A DNA stretch of 63,648 nucleotides, the filler included, from Folioceros fuciformis (taxonomy: Eukaryota): NCBI GenBank assembly GCA_049999805.1. It is 8 parts of 8 records of this genome, joined end to end, with 100 filler letters (N's around TTAATTAATTAA, not from the genome) between each part and the next. Parts side by side here need not be neighbours in the genome. Positions count along the whole stretch, not along the records: positions 44,528 to 51,402 come from JBNGIO010006443.1; positions 51,503 to 53,731 come from JBNGIO010006444.1; positions 53,832 to 57,836 come from JBNGIO010006447.1; 5 more parts are not named here. One strand, 5' to 3'. Each line of letters begins with the position of its first letter. Position 1 is the stretch's first letter. The notes below the pieces were generated by a model. The model was not told the DNA's origin. It did not search any database and saw only the letters and a program-made list of their open reading frames with translations. A program made the position numbers and the translations under genes. This document shows positions 48,225 through 57,936 of the stretch, piece after piece.

Positions 48225-49609
48225 TCATGAGTTCATCTCATTGCTCCATAACATGTGCATCAAGATGTCTCTCAACCCACTGTGACCTTCGGCACTACCG
48301 GGCCCAGTTGCCATGAAGTTTTGATGCATGCCATCTTCTTCGTCGTCCTCCTCGCCTGCCAATATTCTTGGATCTATCTCATCACCACGATCTATCCGAA
48401 TGTTGTGCAGTAGCACACATGCATAAGTCAACGCATTGAAGTAGTCGATGTTGCCTCGCCACACCCTCCTACCTAGTATCCGCCAAACCTTTTTCAGTGC
48501 TCCGAAAGCGTCCTCAACGACCATACGAGAAGAGGATAGCTTGAAGTCAAAAGACTCTTTGTCTGCCATCAAACCTTGACCAGGAAAGGGGATGATCAAC
48601 CATGGAAGCAAAGGGTAGCCAACATCTCCGATGATATACTCTCGCACTTCCTCGTTATCCACGAGCATGGATGGTCCATTCAGCCGTGCACCTGCATTGG
48701 CTTGGTGATATACCTCTGAGTTGTATAGAATTCTCGTATCATTTGCAGCTCCTGGCCAGCCTGTTACTACGTCTAAGAACTTCTTATTGGGGCCTACGAT
48801 ACCTTGCATTGCGACTGTGAGATCCTTGTATCTTCCTCGATACTCCCATTGGTTTTCTCCTACAGGCAGTTCCAACCGAAAATGGGTCACATCGATGGCA
48901 CCACAACAATCCATGAAGCCATGTCGTTCAAAGAATCCTGCCTTCACTTCCTCCAATTTGACCTGTTGATGGCCAGGCAAGGTGATGCCTAGCCTTCTAT
49001 ATGATTGCTTTGACAAAACGGTGAGTAATTGTGCAGGCAATTGACTGTCCCACTCCGAAGCTGTCACCTAAAGAGACAAAGCTATCACCTGTGGCCAGTC
49101 TCCTTAAGGCAATGGCAACTTGTTTATGCACAGAGATAATCCCCCCGGGGATGTTCACAAATCCAGGAACTGGAGTCGGGTCAAGAGCGTCATGAACTAG
49201 ATTGCAGATGTACGTAGAGGTTGCCCATGGGAATCCATAGAAACGGGCAAACCTTTTTGGATCCTCTTGTGCCACTTGAAGGTATAAAGTCCACATGTCC
49301 TGTACTCGGGGTTTCACATAGTACGTTGATAATTGAATGCCCGTTAGAAATCCCCTTGGTAATTGTCCTGTGCGGGCCGCAATTGCAAGAGCAGCCTCCA
49401 ATTGTTGACATGAAAGAACAGTGTTATCAAGAGCATCATCTAGAAGTCTTTGGTCATCCATGCTCACATATCTTAAAGATAGCCCGCAATCGGTGATGGC
49501 AACATCATTACTCCCCTCAAAGTAATTCAGTAAATAAAATAAGTCTCGAACTACACTTTAGTGTAGCAAGGGCTACGTCGTAGACGACCATTTGCCCCAC
49601 ATTGGCCAT
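48225..49609 (-). pseudogene. PIF/Harbinger DDE transposase (HARBI1/ALP1 family), disrupted
   Basis: Motifs KQVAIALRRLATG, RHHLAWPS, CCGAIDVTH, GWPGAAND, IIGDVGYPLLPWL, RMVVEDAFGALK, ACVLLHN. In-frame TAG at 48997-48999, frameshift near 48955 and a probable one near 49555. Confidence 0.93.
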
Positions 49610-50374
49610 AGATTGTCAATCCCTGAGCTTCGACCTAAACCGTAGCTGCTTGCTTCGACCTAAAACGTAGCTGCTTGTTGAGCATGAAACTTGCTAAGCT
49701 TTGTCAAAGTCCATAGGGACACTTGAGTTCGATCGCGAACAGGCCAAGGCCAGCCCGTTGTACTGAACCGGTGATGACCCGTTTCAGGCACTTGGCCACT
49801 CTCGGTCATGAGTTCCGGTATGGGATAGTTCACACGTAACTGGGAAAAAAATCCCCGGAAAAAACGCTTAGGGTGGTTCGGGCTACATGGGAACCTAGCA
49901 TTACTTGGTACATTGGACCCGCCCGGGTCCTGACTCCTGATCCTGTGTGAGAATCCACGATTTCGTTTTCATTGCCCCACATTGCTTCGCGACACTAATT
50001 TTAGCATTCACGTGCAATGTACCTTGCAGTTATTTAAAATTGAATTTAACCAAAATTTTATTTATTGAGGTAGGCATTTCCTTGTCCTCTACTAACCACC
50101 AAAAATCACAGATAGTCCTCTTTCTAAACACAAAAAAAAGTGCTTTCTTCACTAAAGGGCCAAAGGCTGGCCAAAGAGATGCATATGGAAAATACAAATG
50201 TGAGAAAGGAAGATATTATAACTCGTTGCCTCTACAAACACTGCTTCCCAAAGTAGTGAGAGACATTCTAAGAAATTTGGATAATGTGTTTTTTATACTT
50301 GACACATTTACACTTCTATAAAATGAGCAACTCTAAAGTGCATACCTTGTCGAAACACTTTGCTTAATTTGCTT

Positions 50375-51402
50375 TTATTTTGCAGTAATTATTTTGACCT
50401 TTTTGTATACCATGGTTAACACACAATTTGCTACACCAGTCTCTCCTATAGTTTTTGAGGATAGTGCATCCAAGGTATAATTGGTTGCAACACCGGGTCT
50501 ACTTGGTGCAGTGAACCAAAACTCCTCATTGGAGTTGTGGAACAACCAAGTCTCTTGCAGTTGCTTCAAACAAAACAACCACAAATAAGAGGAAGGATCG
50601 GACAACAGAAAACGACGTTGAACTACTTGACCGTCCAATAATCGAAATGCAACTCGACAAGTTGCTCTTGATGGAGTGCACGATTCCTTTGGCTCCTCTG
50701 GAAGGTTGGTTGTTTCAAACCAAGGATAGCTAGCATTGTAATGTGTATCCTTGATGATAAGTCTAGACGGAAGATCCCATTGTACCACTTGGTCGCCCTC
50801 TTCAAATATGGTCCCCAATGGCAGTGCTTCCTCCATGATATCTCTTGTGTTGGGTCTTTTGTAAGTGAATGGCAACCATTGCTCTACCAATGCATCCGAG
50901 CTTATGTCACTTGCATCACATTGTTTCAATTTCTGCCCGGTAAGTGGGTCAATCACAAGTATGCAAAAAGTGCTCTCGCCTATGTTGTAAAAGGTCTTCA
51001 CTTTTAAGATCTCTGTGCTGTTGATTGGGACTTTCCATTCAAGGAAAGACTGTACAATGAGATCCTTCGAAATCTTGTTGTTGCAATTTTCCCACTTTCC
51101 AAAATGTGGGAATGCCATGATCTCGTCCCCATGGATGTAGGCTAGGAGCCACTTGCTCATTGATAATGCCTTCAGCTTTGCATCATGCAAATTTCCCCAA
51201 TAAGATTGCATGGACATAGATTTGAAACCATGGTTGACAGTGGTTGTTTCTTCATAGCTTTGGAACCATGGTTGTCCATTTGTAGCTTGCTCATCTGATG
51301 AAGGTTCTGATTCTTCATCAATTGTGAGTGGCCATGGTAGTTCACTTGCACCAGTCCATGGTTGCCCATTTGTAGGTTGTTCATCTGATGAAGATTCTGA
51401 TT
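50375..51402 (-). CDS. PUX7-like UAS-UBX gene, second copy (5' end lost in gap)
   Basis: Near-identical to 45625-46652; reads CRVAFRLLDG, keeping the UBX Arg. Confidence 0.86.
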
Positions 51403-51502
51403 NNNNNNNNNNNNNNNNNNNNNNNNNNNNNNNNNNNNNNNNNNNNTTAATTAATTAANNNNNNNNNNNNNNNNNNNNNNNNNNNNNNNNNNNNNNNNNN
51501 NN

Positions 51503-52000
51503 AGAAATCTAGCATGAGGGCCAACAGCTCTTGCCCATAATGCTTGTCCATGAGGGTGGTCTGAAGCCCCCTCATACCCCCATAAAGGAAGGAAGAAAAC
51601 GAAGGCATGACCAATCGGGCTTGTGAAGATAAGAGACCATGGGCCCTCATGAGGGGCTCCTGGAGGGGGAATGGCCCTTCCTCAACTGCCATGAGAAACC
51701 CCTCCAAAATGCCCAAGTTTCTAATGGAGAAGCAAGTCACCAAAGCTTGGGCAGAGAGCGCCCAACTACTAAGAAAAGTAGTTGGCGCCAAGGCCTCTAT
51801 GGCCGATAGTCCAATGCCGCCCAAAGCAATGGGTAGAGATGCCTATCTCTTAGCCAAATCACCTGAAGCATAGTCGAATGAACCCAGGCCAACAATGTCC
51901 CCTAATTCTTTCAATACCTACTTGTCCAAGTCCCTCAATTTGGAAAGAAAGTCTAGGGATGGAGGCACTGTGCGGACGAGGTACCCAGGGCATTGCGCAA
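51503..52000 (-). mobile_element. CRE/R2-like non-LTR retrotransposon relic, RT C-terminal region
   Basis: LAKR*ASLPIALGGIGLSAIEALAPTTFLSSWA resembles the GGLG...AxLxSW thumb region of RLE-type elements. Confidence 0.6.
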
Positions 52001-52006
52001 AGTAGG

Positions 52007-53311
52007 TGGACAGACATTTGTGAACCCTTGTCTACACCCTCTTTTAGACGTAGTAGATATTTTTTGACCTTCATAGATGATTTCTCTCATTTTGTCTTTT
52101 CCTGCATCTTGAAAAACAAGAGTGATGCCTTTCACTTCTTCAAGGACTACATAAAATGGGCTGAGACACTTACAGATAGCAAACTCAAAACCTTATGTTC
52201 CGACAATGGTGGAGAGTTTACATCTACTGAATTTGAGGAGTTTTGTTGAGCTGAGGGGATAGCTCAACAACTTACAGTTGTCTACACTCCTCAACAAAAT
52301 GGCGTTGCCGAGAACAAGAATCTACGCCTTCAAGAGATCACAGGTTGCTTATTGGTACAAGCTAAGTTATCTAAGGCTTATTGGGCAGAGGCCCTCCTCA
52401 CAGCAACCTATCTCATGAATCGATTGCCTACATCAGCAGTTCAAGGTATGACTCCATATGAAGCATTCATTGGCAAGAAGCCTTCTATTGACCACCTCTG
52501 AATTTTTGGATCCCCGGCATATGTTTTTATTCCCAAAGCATTGCGTAAGAAGTTGGATCCCAAAGCAGCTAAGTACACTTTCATTGGCTACACCGAAGAT
52601 ATCAAAGGGTACAAATTATTCAACCCTTCTACAAGGCAACTTTTATATGCCCAGAGTGTCACTTTTAATGAGTCTTACCTCTTTTCCCCAAAAGTGGGAG
52701 CTGATCATATTGGTCCTTCTCTCGATGAGACCATTGACCCTTCTTATTTTGATGATACTGATTATCTCACTCCATTTCCTATTCCTGCTTCCCGTGCTCC
52801 TTTAGTTGAACCTATTATGCAAGAGGAGGAGGAGTTAGCATCCATTCCACAACCTGGTACAACTCAACCAGACGCACCTAATGTTGACATCCCAACAGAG
52901 GTGCCAGTTGATACTCATGATGATAAATTTGAATGACCCTCTGGAGGATGCATCACATTGTGGAGCCAGCAGATCCTTTCGTAGATCCCACTCCTGTGGA
53001 TGATGCACCTGCACAAAGGTACAACCTCAGATCCCGGCCTACCATTTCAAGTCCTGCAGGTTGGAAGGACCTGAAATCCTTTAGGATACCTAGCTGTTTT
53101 TTATGATCCTATTCCTCCCGTATCACTTTATTCTCAAGCTGTATACAAGACAACTATAGACCCAGAAGAACCTCTTACCTTAAAACAAGCTTTCTCTTCT
53201 CCTGAAAAAGACTTATGGAAGGTAGATGTAGACTTTGAATATAATTCCCTAGTTAATAACTCTACATGGGAATTGGTCAAGCCACCTAGGGGAAGGAAGA
53301 TAGTACCACAC
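52007..53311 (+). mobile_element. Copia integrase to RT-start fragment, no LTRs
   Basis: Motifs TDICEP, YFLTFIDDFS, SDNGGEF, YTPQQNGVAE, RKKLDPKA, EEPLTLKQA, TWELVKPP; stops present. Confidence 0.9.
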
Positions 53312-53577
53312 TAAATGGAAATAATACTCAACACGCACGCACTTCAATAGCAAGAACTGAAAAGACAAGACCTCTGGGATATGGATTCTTCCTTGGAAAA
53401 AGTTGAAGGAGTAGTAGCAATGGAAGAAGCACCCCTAACCTATAGCTCCCAAAGGCTTCAATCAAAGTCCTTGTGTGCTTTAACCAGGTGACACCTGAGC
53501 CCTATAACCTCTTTGAACAAACTGTTGCATGCGGGACATGGGGTATCTTTGGCCGGTATGGAAGAATGAGGTGCCAT
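53312..53577 (-). pseudogene. C2H2 zinc-finger N-terminus, probably of the same CRE-like element
   Basis: ATG at 53577 gives MAPHSSIPAKDTPCPACNSLFKEVIGLRCHLVKAHKDFD*, a canonical CX2CX3FX5LX2HX4H finger. Confidence 0.6.
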
Positions 53578-53831
53578 AAGTGAACAAAATAGAATGCCGA
53601 AGAGAGACCAATAGTAAACACCCCGTCAGCTCTAGCCTGCTTGCATAATTCTGGCTTCCAGCCCCGAATATCGAAACACTGTGGAACCAAAGCTCTTCAA
53701 AAATCTCCATGCCAATCATAAATTTCGAATCNNNNNNNNNNNNNNNNNNNNNNNNNNNNNNNNNNNNNNNNNNNNTTAATTAATTAANNNNNNNNNNNNN
53801 NNNNNNNNNNNNNNNNNNNNNNNNNNNNNNN

Positions 53832-53864
53832 AATGGTTGTTGCAGTTGTAAGGGTCGACCATGA
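53832..53864 (+). CDS. 3' end of another DYW:KP GRP gene (copy C)
   Basis: NGCCSCKGRP* followed by the array spacer. Confidence 0.8.
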   Translation, partial: NGCCSCKGRP

Positions 53865-54771
53865 GAAAAATGAAGAAGTGAGTGTAGCCAGTGCCAGGTG
53901 GATTCCTAGTGGTGTGCGGATTGGTCGTGGTGGCAAGTACGGATGTTCCCCTAACAAGAAGACGAAGAAGAAGAAGAATTGTATGATGGTGCACTTGAGG
54001 GCATTTCGCTCTGTGGGACTAGGTACTTCACACCTTTGTAGCAAGCCTAGCATGTTTTCCCTGCACCCCTGCACACTGTTCATGATGAGCACGTTGTACA
54101 CGTGCTTTGCAGGGTCTCGTCAACTCGTTCTCCTCACCAATACTGCCATATGTATATTATGCTGTACAGTGCAGGTGAAAGCAGATTGGTAGCCAGTATG
54201 CCGAGGAGTATGAAGGCAAAAGGATCTTGGCAGTTCACAGGAAGCAAGTGAAAGTAGCAATCCCAATCACAATCCAGGCAGTGCGAGGCACATATCTAGA
54301 CTTTTACTTAACGGCAATTCCTCGTCTAGTCACATCCTGGGCCGCGTTGCCGTTTCGGCCTTCAAGATGCCAACTGACCTAACTGCGTGATGAGAAACAG
54401 AGACCGTTATACCATGGCTCGCTTAAAAGATCTTGGGGTATGTAGGTTGGCATGCACTTAACGTTGACAAGCCTTAAATGAAATTCTTGTTTCTCTTATG
54501 GCGGCTGACAAGCAATTAACTGTTTTGTATATCTCAAGTGAAACATAAAGTTACTACGTAATATCCGTCACATGGTCGAGTGGTCTGAAGCACCAAACCG
54601 ACAGCTCGCCCACAGGTATTATAGAACGGCTCACCCCTTCAGGCAGGACGGCTTACGGTTCACCCCTTCAAGCAGCTGTGGTCTTACATACGTATGTACA
54701 GGGTATTCGGCCGGAGATCCGCCTAGACGAGAGTTTTGTTAGAGTCATCTTCCGACACCGGTCCGTGAACG

Positions 54772-57700
54772 ATGGCCACAGTATGGCAACCGGACCTGTT
54801 GTGGACCCAACAAATTGGAATTGGTGTGTGTACAAGGACTCTACCAGGAAGCCCCGCTCACCTCAGTTTCGGGAGTGAACCCTTTGCAAACAAAGCCTCC
54901 AGGTGCAGCAGTGTGAGGAGCCCAGCACTTCCACCTCCGAGAACGAGAATGTGTGTGGGCAGGGACGGGTTTTCCGACGATGCTGGTAGTTGCCAGGAGC
55001 AGCAGGAGCACTTGTGGCAACAACTTTTTCTGGACCCTACCATGTGGTTGGATAACAGACGAGACAAGAAGAGCTCCCGTTCCCCTGACTTCCGGCGTAA
55101 GGGGTCCGGCGAGGTGCTGTGGTTGGACAACATGTTTAAGCCAGCATGGGTTGATGACAGGCTCATCTCGTTGGATATGCAGATGGATCACGGTTCCGCC
55201 CCTTCCATCTCCAGCTCTCCAGATAATCCTGATCCTGGAAGGCGTACAGGTGGTGAAATGGGCTCCAGACGCAGCAGTGCTAGAAATCCAGCACTTCCAC
55301 ATCCAATGCGCCATAGAGTCTCTTCTTTCGAGTGCAGCTCTCCGTATAAGAGTGGATCTGGCAGGCGTGCAGAATTGGAAACGGGCGTCGTAACGGCTGC
55401 AACTGTGAGCATGTTATGTCATCAGGGGAAGCTTTCTGAGGCGGTTGGAGCCCTGGAATCTCTGGTGCAGTCAGACTCTGGCGTTTCTCAGTCTCTGTTT
55501 TACACAGTGTTAAAACTCTGTACAGCTAAGAAGGATTTGGTGGTGGGGCGACGAGTTCATGATCTCACAGTCAAACTTGGGTACGAGTCGAATGCATATT
55601 TGGGGAACCATATCTTGCGCATGTATGCATGTGGAGGTAGGCTAAAGGAGGCGATGGATGTGTTCAACAGGGTAGGGAAACCGAATGTCTTCATGTGGTT
55701 TTCCATAATTTCTGGACATGCTAAGCACGGGAAGCCGAAGGAGGCCATACAACTGTACCATGAAATGCGTAGGTCAGAAGTGAAGGCGAATGGTTATGTG
55801 TTTGTAGCCGCCCTTCAAGCTTGTGCATATGCTGCCGACATAGAATCTGGCAGAACAATGCACCGCGACGTGTTGTGCAGTGGCTTCCGTACTGACTTGT
55901 TTGTTAACAGCTGCTTGGTGGATATGTATGCAAAATGTGGCCGAATGAAAGATGCACGCCAGGTTTTTGATAGCATGAACACGAAGGATGTGGTGACATG
56001 GACGGTCCTGATCGCTGGGTATGCACAGCAGGGACTGGGCCAAGAGGCACTTGTTGTTTATGGACAAATGGAGGAGGCAGGCGTGGTTGTGGCTGACTAT
56101 GTTACTTTTGCTTGCCTTCTGAAGGCGTGTGGAAGCACTGGAGCCTTGCAGAAGGGCAGGGAGCTCCACTCGCAGATTGTCAACAGAGGTCTGCTGGATG
56201 ATGTACTCGTAGGCACCTGCCTGGTGGACATGTATGCAAAATGTGGTGAGGTGGAATGTGCACGACAGGTTTTTGACAACATGAACACAAAGAATGTGGT
56301 TACATGGACGGCCCTGATTGCTGGGTATGCACAGCAAGGACTCGCCCAAGAGGCCCTTGGTCTGTACGGGCAGGTGGAGGAGGCAGGCCTCGTTTTGGCC
56401 GATGATGTTACTTTTGCATGCATTCTGAAGGCGTGTGCAAGCAGTGGTGCATTGCAGAAGGGCAGGGAGGTGCACTCACAGATTGTCAACAGAGGTCTGC
56501 TGGATGATGTACTGGTAGGCACCTCCCTGGTGGACATGTATGCAAAATGTGGTGAGCTGGAAGATGCACGCCAGGTTTTTGACAGCATGAACAGTAAGAA
56601 TGTGGTTACATGGACCGCCCTGATTGCTGGGTATGCACAGCAAGGACTCGGCCAAGAGGCGCTTGTTGTGTATGGACAGATGGAGGAAACAGGACTCGTT
56701 TTGGCTGATGATGTTACTTTTGCTTGCATTCTGAAGGCGTGTGGAAGCACTGGTGCCTTGCAGAAGGGCAGGGAGCTGCACTCACAGATTGTCGAGAAAG
56801 AACTGCTGGATAATGTAGTGGTGGGCACCTGCCTGGTGGACATGTATGCCAAATGTGGTGAGGTGGAAGATGCACGCCAGGTTTTTGACAGCATGGCCAC
56901 TAAAGATGTCGTCACATGGAATGCCCTGATTTCAGGGTATGGTGCTTGTGATGAAGGTTGCAAGGCGCTAGCTTGTTTTGAGGAGATGTTAGCTGCCGGT
57001 GTTCATCCTAACCATGGTACTTTTACTTGCCTTCTAGTAGCATGCAGTCATGGGGGTCTGGTCGAGGAGGGTCGCAAGCTCTTTGATTCCATGGCTGAAG
57101 AGCATGGTGTCATACCTACTGCTGAGCATCACAACTGCATGATTGATCTTCTTGGGCGTGCTGGCGAACTAGATGAGGCAGAGAGGATGCTATTATCATG
57201 TGAGGGCGAAAGTGATGTGGTGTGTTTGACATCTTTGTTGAATGCCTGCAAAAGTCACGGAGATCTAGAGAGGGCTGTGTGGTGTTTTGAAAGCATTGTT
57301 AGGCTGGACCCCCAGGAGGCACCTGCCTATGTTCTCATGGCCAATGCCTATGCAGATGCAGGTAGGTGGACCGATGTAGACAGGATTGAAACACAGAGAA
57401 AGGCAGCAGGAGCTAAGAAGAAGCCAGCAGTGGCAAGCATTGAGGTAAATAAGGAGGTACACAGATTTCAGGTGGGAGAAAGGAGAAAGGATATTGCGCT
57501 TAAGGTAGAGAGCACGAATGCGCGTGTGAAGCAGGAAGGAGGCCACGTACCTCACACAAAGTTGGTGTTGAAGCCAGTGAGTGAGAAGGAAAAGGAAGAC
57601 GTGCTTTGTGGGCATGCTGAGAAGCTAGCTCTGGCGTTTGGTCTGTTGAACACTCCGAATGGGACACCTCTGATGGTAACCAAGAATCTACGCATGTGCA

Positions 57701-57822
57701 GTGATTGCCACAGCTCGACGGCGATCATGTCGAGGCTTGAGCAGAGAGACATTGTTGTGAGGGATGGGTACCGTGTGCATCGATTCGCAAATGGTTGTTG
57801 CAGTTGTAAGGGTCGACCATGA
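54772..57822 (+). CDS. Full-length intronless PLS-PPR-E-DYW:KP (GRP-type) organellar RNA editing factor, copy D, 1016 aa
   Basis: About 200-aa Ser/Pro/Arg-rich leader, ~17 PPR motifs with 306-bp triplet repeats, E1/E2, KKKPAVASIEV, HAEKLA, CSDC, terminal GRP. Confidence 0.96.
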   Translation: MATVWQPDLLWTQQIGIGVCTRTLPGSPAHLSFGSEPFANKASRCSSVRSPALPPPRTRMCVGRDGFSDDAGSCQEQQEHLWQQLFLDPTMWLDNRRDKKSSRSPDFRRKGSGEVLWLDNMFKPAWVDDRLISLDMQMDHGSAPSISSSPDNPDPGRRTGGEMGSRRSSARNPALPHPMRHRVSSFECSSPYKSGSGRRAELETGVVTAATVSMLCHQGKLSEAVGALESLVQSDSGVSQSLFYTVLKLCTAKKDLVVGRRVHDLTVKLGYESNAYLGNHILRMYACGGRLKEAMDVFNRVGKPNVFMWFSIISGHAKHGKPKEAIQLYHEMRRSEVKANGYVFVAALQACAYAADIESGRTMHRDVLCSGFRTDLFVNSCLVDMYAKCGRMKDARQVFDSMNTKDVVTWTVLIAGYAQQGLGQEALVVYGQMEEAGVVVADYVTFACLLKACGSTGALQKGRELHSQIVNRGLLDDVLVGTCLVDMYAKCGEVECARQVFDNMNTKNVVTWTALIAGYAQQGLAQEALGLYGQVEEAGLVLADDVTFACILKACASSGALQKGREVHSQIVNRGLLDDVLVGTSLVDMYAKCGELEDARQVFDSMNSKNVVTWTALIAGYAQQGLGQEALVVYGQMEETGLVLADDVTFACILKACGSTGALQKGRELHSQIVEKELLDNVVVGTCLVDMYAKCGEVEDARQVFDSMATKDVVTWNALISGYGACDEGCKALACFEEMLAAGVHPNHGTFTCLLVACSHGGLVEEGRKLFDSMAEEHGVIPTAEHHNCMIDLLGRAGELDEAERMLLSCEGESDVVCLTSLLNACKSHGDLERAVWCFESIVRLDPQEAPAYVLMANAYADAGRWTDVDRIETQRKAAGAKKKPAVASIEVNKEVHRFQVGERRKDIALKVESTNARVKQEGGHVPHTKLVLKPVSEKEKEDVLCGHAEKLALAFGLLNTPNGTPLMVTKNLRMCSDCHSSTAIMSRLEQRDIVVRDGYRVHRFANGCCSCKGRP

Positions 57823-57936
57823 GAAAAATGAAGAAGNNNNNNNNNNNNNNNNNNNNNNNNNNNNNNNNNNNNNNNNNNNNTTAATTAATTAANNNNNNNN
57901 NNNNNNNNNNNNNNNNNNNNNNNNNNNNNNNNNNNN

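Larger units (their letters stand above)
44528..51402 (-). mobile_element. Tandem array (unit ~4759 bp) of Harbinger transposase + LHCB fragment + UAS-UBX gene
   Basis: 44528-46652 is nearly identical to 49287-51402 within one contig; both contig ends fall inside the unit. Confidence 0.9.
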
